Below, piece after piece: positions 26,109 through 33,713 of a stretch of 64,000 bases of DNA. Origin of the DNA: a virus. Lineage: Duplodnaviria > Heunggongvirae > Uroviricota > Caudoviricetes. The DNA is taken from the IMG/VR virus record IMGVR_UViG_3300027744_000008. The stretch is one strand, 5' to 3'. Below the pieces are notes generated by a model. It had not been told where the DNA came from. It was given only the letters and a program-made list of their open reading frames with translations, and ran no database searches. Position numbers and translations under genes: made by a program. Within the stretch, counting starts at the first letter, position 1; each line of letters begins with the position of its first letter.

Positions 26109-26352
26109 GCATGACGACATTATGAGTGCGGTTCGAACATACTTCGAAGCAAATCAAAAGTGGGAAGTAGAGAGGACCAAACGGTCTTCTATACAGCTAC
26201 GGCAAAGTCTAAGTAGGATTAGAGAATTATGTTCAGATCAACGTGTAATTGTGCGTGAATGGGCAAGGATTAAAGAGGCAGAACTAGCAGAAAGAGAAGC
26301 AAATCGACAAGCTCAGAAGAGACAGCAAGCAGAGGACAGTGATGATAACTAA
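26098..26352 (+). CDS. Small helical protein, possibly a divergent Hc1/histone-like nucleic-acid-binding protein
   Basis: 84 aa, helical, with YFEANQKW...KRSSIQLRQSLSRI resembling phage Hc1-like small proteins; overlaps the gp46 stop. Confidence 0.4.
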   Translation: MSSKHDDIMSAVRTYFEANQKWEVERTKRSSIQLRQSLSRIRELCSDQRVIVREWARIKEAELAEREANRQAQKRQQAEDSDDN

Positions 26353-26357
26353 TTGCC

Positions 26358-26783
26358 ATGACATGGTATTTCCAAAATGAAATTATTGAATCGCTGCCCG
26401 AAGATTGTGTTGGATTTGTGTATCTGATTACAAATAATATCACAGGCAGAAAATACATAGGCAAAAAATTAGCCAAATTTGCAAAGACCACATATAAAAC
26501 AGTAAAATTAAAAAACGGTAGCAAAAAGAAAAAGAAGATTAGATCTAAGATTGATTCAGATTGGCGCGATTACTACGGGTCAAATCTAGAATTAAGCAAA
26601 GACGTAGACACACTAGGCAGAGAAAATTTCAAACGAGAGATAATGTTTTACTGTAAAAGTAAATCAGAATGTTCTTACATAGAGGCCAGAGAACAATTTA
26701 CACATAAAGTTCTAGAATCACGCGATTACTATAACGGACAAATTTCAGTCCGTGTACATGGCTCACACATATTAAAATCATAG
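26358..26783 (+). CDS. Stand-alone GIY-YIG superfamily nuclease domain protein (Seg-like catalytic domain only)
   Basis: GFVYLITN...RKYIGKK, YYGS, conserved E (YIEARE) and N (YYNG); lysine-rich insertion KTVKLKNGSKKKKKIRSK; no C-terminal DNA-binding domain. Confidence 0.8.
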   Translation: MTWYFQNEIIESLPEDCVGFVYLITNNITGRKYIGKKLAKFAKTTYKTVKLKNGSKKKKKIRSKIDSDWRDYYGSNLELSKDVDTLGRENFKREIMFYCKSKSECSYIEAREQFTHKVLESRDYYNGQISVRVHGSHILKS

Positions 26784-27220
26784 GCTCCTAAGCGGTATAA
26801 GCAAGCACAAGCTAAAGTCGTGTGCCCACGCCAACTCGATAATAAGAGGGACGGAAATCTCTAGCCGCCAGAGTACTCAATCACTACCCGAAAGGATGAT
26901 GATAGCAAAGCCCTTGCTGTTTGATTGTTTTAGAAATAACAGGCGAAATGAGGGTGAGAAACCCACGTTTGCTGGCATGTTAGCGTATGCAAGTAGACCG
27001 CCGTCGTAATAAAGACTGAGCTCGAGGTACCGGACGACCGCCTCTGCAATGCTCTAACGCTAGGTGACATAAGTGCAACTCAGATAATGTCCATTTCTTT
27101 GCCCGGTCAGGGCAAAGTGTGACTGAACAATCTAGATAATATCTTAAGTGCTTCGCACAATTACTTCTAGATAAATGCATTGAGCCTAGCGAAATGCATG
27201 TGAGCGTGAGCTCACATTTA
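26784..27220 (+). ncRNA. Candidate large structured non-coding RNA, family unassigned
   Basis: About 440 nt with no credible ORF in an otherwise gene-dense genome, more GC-rich than its flanks, with more than 10 helices including several with G-U pairs, GNRA loops and a 6-bp pseudoknot (see findings). Confidence 0.65.
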
Positions 27221-27227
27221 ATAAATA
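27221..27227 (+). promoter_or_regulatory. Putative late promoter ATAAATA
   Basis: Motif 20 nt upstream of the ATG at 27248. Confidence 0.55.
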
Positions 27228-27247
27228 AACTATAATCCACTATTCCT

Positions 27248-28249
27248 ATGAAAATTAAAGACATTATCTCTGAAGCAGGACCTACTAGCTATGTGCCAGC
27301 TAGTCCTGGAAGTTCTATTGTTGTCCCTACTTCACTGAGTCCTAATGGGTCTACTATTCCTGTTGCTGCTAGCGGTGGTAGTGCAGCACCTGCTGCTAGC
27401 GGTGGTAGTGCAGCACCTGCTGCTAGCGGTGGTAGTGCAGCACCTCGTCCAAGAGCTCAACGTCAATCAGGTAAACGTGCCAGTGCTCTTAGACAGCAAC
27501 GAATCAAAAATGCAGTTATTAAGATGTCAACTATTGGCAGTGGTCGATACAAGAATATGATAAACATGAAGTATTCGAAGTTTACCGCTACAATGATTAT
27601 TCCTCTTAGACTACTTCAATTTTTAGGCCTTGGAGAGATGATAGTAGATTTTGGTACCACTGTTTCTACTCTGAGAACAATGAAGGAGTTACCAGAAGGT
27701 GATCCTGGCCATATTACTGAACAAGAATATGATGATAATTGGCGACAGGCTTTAGAATTATTGGCCGTACAAATAGCTGCCAGTGCGGCACTTCCTAGAT
27801 TAATACAGGCCTTTACCCTAGGTAAATGGGTCACTAGAATTTTAGGATTTTTAGGTACAACAGCAACATGGGGCGCTACACTTGCAATATTTGTAGCATC
27901 TGAAGTGGCCATGATCGCTTTTCAAAGATGGTTAACTAGTCCAGAAGGTAGAAAACAACTAACGTATCTAATAGTGTATGTTATAGATCCATTGGCTACT
28001 TGGTTATATCCCACATCTTTTGTTGACAAGATAAAAGAGATAGTGGGTATAGAGACTAAAAAGACAGATGATAAGAAAAAAGATCCCAACGCACCTAAAA
28101 CAGATACTGGACAAGCAGCACAGCCTAAACCTCAGGGACAAACAGATACAACTATACCTACTGCTAACGTACCGCCGAGTTATGTAGGTAATCCTAACGA
28201 TCTAATGAAGCGCGATGAGCCAAAAGTTAAATTTGCGATGGACATTTAG
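27248..28249 (+). CDS. Hypothetical protein with hydrophobic helices; possible internal head/ejection protein
   Basis: 333 aa; N-terminus MKIKDIISE, low-complexity termini and several hydrophobic segments. Confidence 0.6.
   Translation: MKIKDIISEAGPTSYVPASPGSSIVVPTSLSPNGSTIPVAASGGSAAPAASGGSAAPAASGGSAAPRPRAQRQSGKRASALRQQRIKNAVIKMSTIGSGRYKNMINMKYSKFTATMIIPLRLLQFLGLGEMIVDFGTTVSTLRTMKELPEGDPGHITEQEYDDNWRQALELLAVQIAASAALPRLIQAFTLGKWVTRILGFLGTTATWGATLAIFVASEVAMIAFQRWLTSPEGRKQLTYLIVYVIDPLATWLYPTSFVDKIKEIVGIETKKTDDKKKDPNAPKTDTGQAAQPKPQGQTDTTIPTANVPPSYVGNPNDLMKRDEPKVKFAMDI
27365..27445 (+). repeat. Perfect 3 x 27-bp tandem repeat encoding (AASGGSAAP)3
   Basis: GCTGCTAGCGGTGGTAGTGCAGCACCT at 27365, 27392 and 27419. 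Confidence 0.95.
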
Positions 28250-28470
28250 ATCAAAGGCATCTGAGTTTTTTCTGTAATTTCTATATTTTCTTTAATAATC
28301 TTAGACATTATTTCTCTATCTTCAAATGAATACAGATAGAGTAGATCGTTGATAGTTACACCACCGCGCATGTACCAACTGGTTCTAAACATATTTTCTT
28401 TAAGATTTTTTGCGCTTGCATCGAGGCTGACTAGATATGCTTCTATGTCAGAGTTAGGCATTTCGATCAA
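28246..28470 (-). CDS. Small baseplate/tail assembly chaperone ORF (gp51-like position), probably translated as a -1 frameshift extension of the upstream gene
   Basis: TTG start with no clear SD; lies in the -1 frame of 28467..29291 just after a T-TTT-TTC heptamer; WYMRGG...L...DRE motif. Confidence 0.7.
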   Translation of the reverse strand: MIEMPNSDIEAYLVSLDASAKNLKENMFRTSWYMRGGVTINDLLYLYSFEDREIMSKIIKENIEITEKTQMPLI

Positions 28471-29291
28471 GCGCCGACGAAAAAATTTGATTGATCCATT
28501 TGTATTGCCACTAAGCTGTCGTGTCCGCAGGACTCACATTTGACCTTCATCTCGGGCACCCTCCATGTCTGATTGTTTTTTTCTATCTGTAATTTAATAG
28601 CATCAAACATACTTTTTTCTGAGTTGATAATCCATTCTGTAATGTATTCTCTCTCGTTGACTACTCCTGCAGGCGCTTGTACACTTTCGATACTTTCAAT
28701 ATAAGATTCATTTTGTATCACAGCTAACTTTTCATAGAGCTCTGCAATTACTTTATTCTTAGCATCTTCATCCTCAACGTCTAAAATTTGACGCAGTTGG
28801 CGTTGTAGCTCAAAGTTTTTTATATTGAACTCGGTCATTTTTTTATAGTTCAACGGTCGAATAAAAATAGTTAGGTCGTCTATAACAACTTTATTGTCAT
28901 ATTTGCAACTATTGAAATGATTAATCAAAGACATTAAGTCTACATCGTATTCATTATCACTTCCGCAGTTTGGACAAATATGTCCGATGTTCATGCCGTT
29001 GCCATAGGTAGCAATGCGTATTGCTACTAAGATTTGATCTAAATCTAGATTACAGACTTCCCAGGCATTTTTAATGTTTGGCATACAACTTTGTAGCACA
29101 CGCACTGTGGCATCACCGTTCATAAGAGCATCGGGTGTCTTTAACAGCAGTTCATCCATACCAGTCATAGACATAACTGGTATTTCTCCAGTGGCATTAT
29201 CCACTGCATCTCCGCTGTAGTATACGCCTTGACTGGGCAACCGTATATAGATTTTTGGCTGGCGGAAATATTTTTGTAGCGGATTGTTCAT
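28467..29291 (-). CDS. Baseplate hub assembly/tail chaperone, gp26-like
   Basis: FRQPKIYIRLPSQG...MTGMDELLLKTPDALMNG...LVAIRIATYG, two CxxC motifs and a C-terminal SNFF. Confidence 0.78.
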   Translation of the reverse strand: MNNPLQKYFRQPKIYIRLPSQGVYYSGDAVDNATGEIPVMSMTGMDELLLKTPDALMNGDATVRVLQSCMPNIKNAWEVCNLDLDQILVAIRIATYGNGMNIGHICPNCGSDNEYDVDLMSLINHFNSCKYDNKVVIDDLTIFIRPLNYKKMTEFNIKNFELQRQLRQILDVEDEDAKNKVIAELYEKLAVIQNESYIESIESVQAPAGVVNEREYITEWIINSEKSMFDAIKLQIEKNNQTWRVPEMKVKCESCGHDSLVAIQMDQSNFFVGA

Positions 29292-29304
29292 GTTTTTACC
29301 TTGG

Positions 29305-29328
29305 ATAAATATATTAAATGTATTTATA
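29305..29328. promoter_or_regulatory. Pair of opposed late promoters (ATAAATA on +, TATAAATA on -)
   Basis: ATAAATA 29305-29311 (+, toward the tape measure) and TATTTATA 29321-29328 (exact T4 late consensus on -, toward the chaperone). Confidence 0.7.
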
Positions 29329-29352
29329 TACCCACTTATTTGATAAAAAATT

Positions 29353-31617
29353 ATGACAATATCTAAACAAGAAATGGAAGACGTCCTACGGGACGCTGCT
29401 AAACGAGGTTACTTTCAAGGAAGTGGTGGCTCAGCACCGAGTGGTAGCCCACCGTCATCTTCTTCCAAATCTGTCACTGACGAAGCAGCTTACAAAGCAG
29501 CAGAGAAAGCTGCTGCTGTTCTCGGAATTACTGCCGAAGAAGCTTATCGCGGATTTAAGAAAGTATCTGATCAAAGTTTTACACTTGCTGACGCTTCAGA
29601 GAGTGCGGGTAAGATATTCCGTGAGATGGGCGGCCCGCTTGGGGAGGCAGCAGCAACGGTTATAGGTGATCTAGGAACTTACGGTCAACAAACAGTAGAT
29701 AAATGGAGAGAAGTCAGCAAGTTTGGTGCTAGCTTTGGCAATGATGCTATAGGATTTAGAGCAGGTGCTGCTCAGACTCGTATGAGTTTTGAGGAATACA
29801 CAAACTTTTTATCCAAGAATAAAGAAAGTTTAATAGGACTTGGCGGTTCAGTAACTGAAAGCGCAAGGTCATTTAACAAGTTCTCAAAAGATTTCATGGA
29901 TACCGATACCGCAGATAAGATGCGATCTATGGGCTATACCACTGAAGAACTTAATAATGTTCTAGCAGGCACTATGGCCTCACAGAGGTTGGTAAACTTA
30001 AACAATAAAGAAGCTAACGGCATTGCTATGAGATCAGCAGCAGATCTAGCAACACAGATGGATGCGGTGGCCAAGATAACTGGTAAAAGTAGACAAGAAC
30101 AAGAAGATGCAATGAAAGTTAGAGCCACTGATGCACAATATCAGGCTATGGAAAAGTTATCATTGATGGGATTATCTGAAAAAGAAAAAGCAGCTAGGGC
30201 TGCTGCCATTGAAAGTATGAAAACCAGCGCAGCTTCTCTTGGTCCTTCCGTTGAAGGTGTAGTAAAAGAAATGGCCACAGGTGGTGTCCGTAGTAAAGAA
30301 GCCGGTGAGATGATGGCAGCACTTGGTCCTGCAGGCAAACAACTACAAGATGCAGTTAATGCCAGTAAAAATGCCAAGACTGAAGACGATAAAATTCGTG
30401 CTGATAGGTTAATGAAAGAGGCCGAAGCCGCAGTTATTGCACAGCAGAATAGTAAAGGTTATTTAGAAGCTCAGATGTTAGGCATAGGTGCATTTAAAAC
30501 TGGTGCTGAAAGTACCATGGGTTATAGCAAGTCCATGGATGGTAATCTTAAAGAGATGAATGAAGCTAGAGCTAAAGCAGGAGAAAAACTATTAGATCTT
30601 GCTAATCCAGCAGACGCTAAAAAAGTAAAAGAGTACATGGATCAACGGGTTAAGAATGAGCAAGCAGGTAAAGATGCAGACGGTGTAAACAAAAACAAAG
30701 GAGCCGAAACTACTGATGCTATAGTTAAATTTGAAAGCCGTGCCAAAGATGCAGGCGCTGCTATTAATGCAAACCTAGTTGCACCGTTGAATGAAGCACT
30801 GGGTAAAAATATTAGAGCATATAACGAAAAAAATGAAGGCAAAGAATTATTCGGAAATGTCAAAGATGGAAAGAGTGCTAGAGCACGTTGGGAAGAACCT
30901 ATTGGCGGATTGACTAAAACATTTCTTGGTGACGGTCAAGCAGCACAGCCTACTAAAATAAAAGATCCTAAAACTGGAAAAGACCTTAGTGTGCCAGATA
31001 GTGTAGGCATGAATCGACAAAAAGCAGGAGTAACGGATTCTCTAGGCAGTTTAGGTCAGATGATGGTTACTGAACTGAATGTAACAGGAAAGTTTAATCC
31101 TGGAGTTGGTAGATCTAAAGGATCACTAGGTGAAACTGGTAACCTATTTGAAAATTTTGGACAAGGTACACTGGCCATGCTACATGGAAAAGAGTCTGTG
31201 GTCACAGAAGATCAAATGAAAAATCTAATGAAAGGTTCTCAAGGAATCAGTTTAGAAAACATTGCCAACAATTTTAAAACATCAATTAGTGCGATGCCAT
31301 CAATGAGTGGCCTAGGCCAAACCAAAGATACTTCACAGTCATCGCCGACAATGAACAATCTAAAGAAATCTAGTAGCGGACTTGCAGGCATGGGAAATGG
31401 TGTCGAAGGTGTTGCCGCTACCGCCACAGCCACTGGAACGGGTAGTAGTGATATGGGTGCCAGCGGCAAAGAAAAATCAATAACTGATTTGGACGACAAG
31501 CTAGATCAATTAAATAAGACTATGATGCAATTGGTTGTAATATCGTCGCAGACTGCCGAAAATAGCGGCAAACAGATCAAAGCCACTAAAGGGTTGGGCG
31601 GAAACTTATTCGCTTAA
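29353..31617 (+). CDS. Probable tail tape measure protein
   Basis: 754 aa, Ala/Gly/Met-rich and helical; C-terminal FGQGTLAMLHGKESVVTE motif typical of tape-measure C-termini; next to the chaperone and portal genes. Confidence 0.65.
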   Translation: MTISKQEMEDVLRDAAKRGYFQGSGGSAPSGSPPSSSSKSVTDEAAYKAAEKAAAVLGITAEEAYRGFKKVSDQSFTLADASESAGKIFREMGGPLGEAAATVIGDLGTYGQQTVDKWREVSKFGASFGNDAIGFRAGAAQTRMSFEEYTNFLSKNKESLIGLGGSVTESARSFNKFSKDFMDTDTADKMRSMGYTTEELNNVLAGTMASQRLVNLNNKEANGIAMRSAADLATQMDAVAKITGKSRQEQEDAMKVRATDAQYQAMEKLSLMGLSEKEKAARAAAIESMKTSAASLGPSVEGVVKEMATGGVRSKEAGEMMAALGPAGKQLQDAVNASKNAKTEDDKIRADRLMKEAEAAVIAQQNSKGYLEAQMLGIGAFKTGAESTMGYSKSMDGNLKEMNEARAKAGEKLLDLANPADAKKVKEYMDQRVKNEQAGKDADGVNKNKGAETTDAIVKFESRAKDAGAAINANLVAPLNEALGKNIRAYNEKNEGKELFGNVKDGKSARARWEEPIGGLTKTFLGDGQAAQPTKIKDPKTGKDLSVPDSVGMNRQKAGVTDSLGSLGQMMVTELNVTGKFNPGVGRSKGSLGETGNLFENFGQGTLAMLHGKESVVTEDQMKNLMKGSQGISLENIANNFKTSISAMPSMSGLGQTKDTSQSSPTMNNLKKSSSGLAGMGNGVEGVAATATATGTGSSDMGASGKEKSITDLDDKLDQLNKTMMQLVVISSQTAENSGKQIKATKGLGGNLFA

Positions 31618-31627
31618 ATAATACACT

Positions 31628-33349
31628 ATGTCATGGAAAAAATACTTCTCACCAGTATCAACTGGTAACTCTACCAATAATGTCACTTCAATGAACTCTG
31701 CTAGCAAAGCAGGCCCAGCGAGGACAAACTACAGTTCTTATCTGCCAGATATCTATACAGGCAGTCCAAATCGTGTTGAACGATATATGCAGTATGATAC
31801 CATGGACGGCGATCCAGAAGTTAATGCTGCACTGGATATTCTAGCAGAATTTTGCACACAATTATCAAGAGAAAATAATACACCTTTCACGGTACAGTGG
31901 CGCAGCAAGGCTACTAATAGCGAAATACATATCTTAAAAGAGTACCTACAACAGTGGACTAAGCTACAGAAGTTTGACACTAGAATGTTTCGTATCATTA
32001 GAAATATTTTCAAATACGGTGATGGATTCTTTATTAGAGATCCAGAAAATCAAAAATGGTTCTACGTTGATTCAGGTAAAGTTGTCAAGATCATTGTCAA
32101 CGAAAGTGATGGAAAGAAGCCTGAACAATACGTTATCCGTGACCTAAATCCAAACTTTATGAATTTAGTTGTAACACAGATTACACCTAATTCTCAACAA
32201 ACAAACAATCGTGGATCTAATTATGTTGCAGGTGGTGCTGCTCGAGGCATGACTGGAACATATCCTACACAGTCAGGCACACGTTTTAGCACAGGCGATC
32301 AAGAACTAGCAGTTGATGCTAGACACGTGATACACCTAAGCCTATCAGAAGGACTGGATAACAACTATCCATTTGGTAACAGTCTACTTGAAAATGTTTT
32401 TAAAACCTATAAACAAAAAGAATTATTAGAAGATGCTATTCTAATCTATCGAATACAACGTGCTCCAGAGCGTAGAATTTTTTACATCGATGTGGGAAAT
32501 ATGCCCAGCCATTTGGCCATGAGTTTTGTTGAACGTGTTAAAAATGAAATTCATCAGCGCAGAATTCCAAGTCAGAACGGCGGCGGCAATAACATCATTG
32601 ACAGCGCATACAATCCGTTGAGCATCAATGAAGACTACTTCTTTCCGCAGACAGCAGAAGGTCGTGGATCAAAGGTAGAAACACTACCTGGTGGTACAAA
32701 CCTAGGTGAAATTGACGATTTAAAATATTTTACCAACAAGTTGTTCCGTGGTTTAAGAATTCCAAGTAGCTATCTGCCAACGGGTGCAGATGATAGCCAA
32801 GCACAGTATAACGATGGTCGCGTTGGCACAGCATATATTCAAGAGCTACGTTTTAACAAGTATTGCGAACGGTTACAAGCCCTAGTTTCAAGTATTTTTG
32901 ATCAAGAATTTAAAATGTTCTTGTACTCAAAAGGTGTAAACATTGATTCTTCATTGTTTGATCTTAAGTTTAATCCACCAATGAACTTTGCTAGTCAGCG
33001 TCAAGCAGAGCTAGATGGTAATAGAATTAATACATTTAACACAGTACAAGCAGTACCGTTTATGTCAAAACGATTTGTATTAAAACGATTCTTGGGACTA
33101 ACAGACGAAGAAGTAGCAGAAAACGAGCGTTTGTGGGCAGAAGAAAAAGGTGAAGCTATACCTGTACACACTGACAGTGCCGGCGAACTACGTTCAGCAG
33201 GTCTGAGTCAAGCAGGTATTGAAGCAGATATAGATGCCAGTGCACCTGAAGCTGCACCTGAAGACATGGTGCCATCTGAACTAGGCGCTGCTGGAGCACC
33301 AATGCCAGCCCCAACGGGAGCACCAGCAACTCCTCCGCCGACAGCATAA
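31628..33349 (+). CDS. Portal protein, gp20-like
   Basis: YDTMDGDPEVNAALD, LLEDAILIYRIQRAPERRIFYIDVGNMP, EDYFFP...GRGSKVETLPGG and YFTNKLFRGLRIPSS motifs. Confidence 0.95.
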   Translation: MSWKKYFSPVSTGNSTNNVTSMNSASKAGPARTNYSSYLPDIYTGSPNRVERYMQYDTMDGDPEVNAALDILAEFCTQLSRENNTPFTVQWRSKATNSEIHILKEYLQQWTKLQKFDTRMFRIIRNIFKYGDGFFIRDPENQKWFYVDSGKVVKIIVNESDGKKPEQYVIRDLNPNFMNLVVTQITPNSQQTNNRGSNYVAGGAARGMTGTYPTQSGTRFSTGDQELAVDARHVIHLSLSEGLDNNYPFGNSLLENVFKTYKQKELLEDAILIYRIQRAPERRIFYIDVGNMPSHLAMSFVERVKNEIHQRRIPSQNGGGNNIIDSAYNPLSINEDYFFPQTAEGRGSKVETLPGGTNLGEIDDLKYFTNKLFRGLRIPSSYLPTGADDSQAQYNDGRVGTAYIQELRFNKYCERLQALVSSIFDQEFKMFLYSKGVNIDSSLFDLKFNPPMNFASQRQAELDGNRINTFNTVQAVPFMSKRFVLKRFLGLTDEEVAENERLWAEEKGEAIPVHTDSAGELRSAGLSQAGIEADIDASAPEAAPEDMVPSELGAAGAPMPAPTGAPATPPPTA

Positions 33350-33352
33350 ATA
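33346..33352 (+). promoter_or_regulatory. Putative late promoter ATAAATA
   Basis: Overlaps the portal stop codon, 5 nt before the ATG at 33358. Confidence 0.55.
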
Positions 33353-33357
33353 ATAGC

Positions 33358-33597
33358 ATGATTCTAAGAGAACTTTTTTATATTGATCCAGATACTAAGG
33401 CAATAGCCACAGATCTGCGCTACGATCAAGGACGTGATACGTCTTTAATTCGTCGTAACGACACTAGAAAAACTAGATTAAGTCTAGGACAGATTAATGA
33501 ATTAAGAAAAAACTCTGAAAGTCACATCCTCGAACAAGAAGACGAGTTAAGTTTTATCAACACAATGTACGGCGCAGAGCCAGCACCTGCCGTCTAA
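33358..33597 (+). CDS. Small head-module protein
   Basis: 79 aa between the portal and core genes; DTRKTRLSLGQINELRK motif. Confidence 0.7.
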   Translation: MILRELFYIDPDTKAIATDLRYDQGRDTSLIRRNDTRKTRLSLGQINELRKNSESHILEQEDELSFINTMYGAEPAPAV

Positions 33598-33713
33598 TAC
33601 ATTTTTATTAAAGGTTTGTTACAAAAACCTCTGTTTTTCCACCATTATAGTGCCGTTTTTTACATTAATATGTAAATATAATCGACAGCCTTATACTATA
33701 TAGGAGACCTAAT

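Noticed and set aside
27105-27124. H-type pseudoknot between loop GGTCA and downstream TGACT
   Set aside because: Complementary, but only 2 nt link it to an 8-bp stem, which is sterically doubtful.
26784-27220. Group I intron with a GIY-YIG homing endonuclease
   Set aside because: GACAT/ATGTC with AGATAATGTCC resembles P7/S, but only 17 nt separate the strands, leaving no room for P3/P8, and no interrupted host gene is evident on either side. Not fully excluded without a covariance search.
26980-27264. 94-aa minus-strand ORF covering the structured region
   Set aside because: Cys/Leu-rich atypical composition, no SD, overlaps the start of 27248 on the opposite strand; likely spurious.
27365-27445. 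CRISPR array
   Set aside because: Repeats are contiguous with no spacers and are in-frame coding; no CRISPR array or cas gene was seen in the window.
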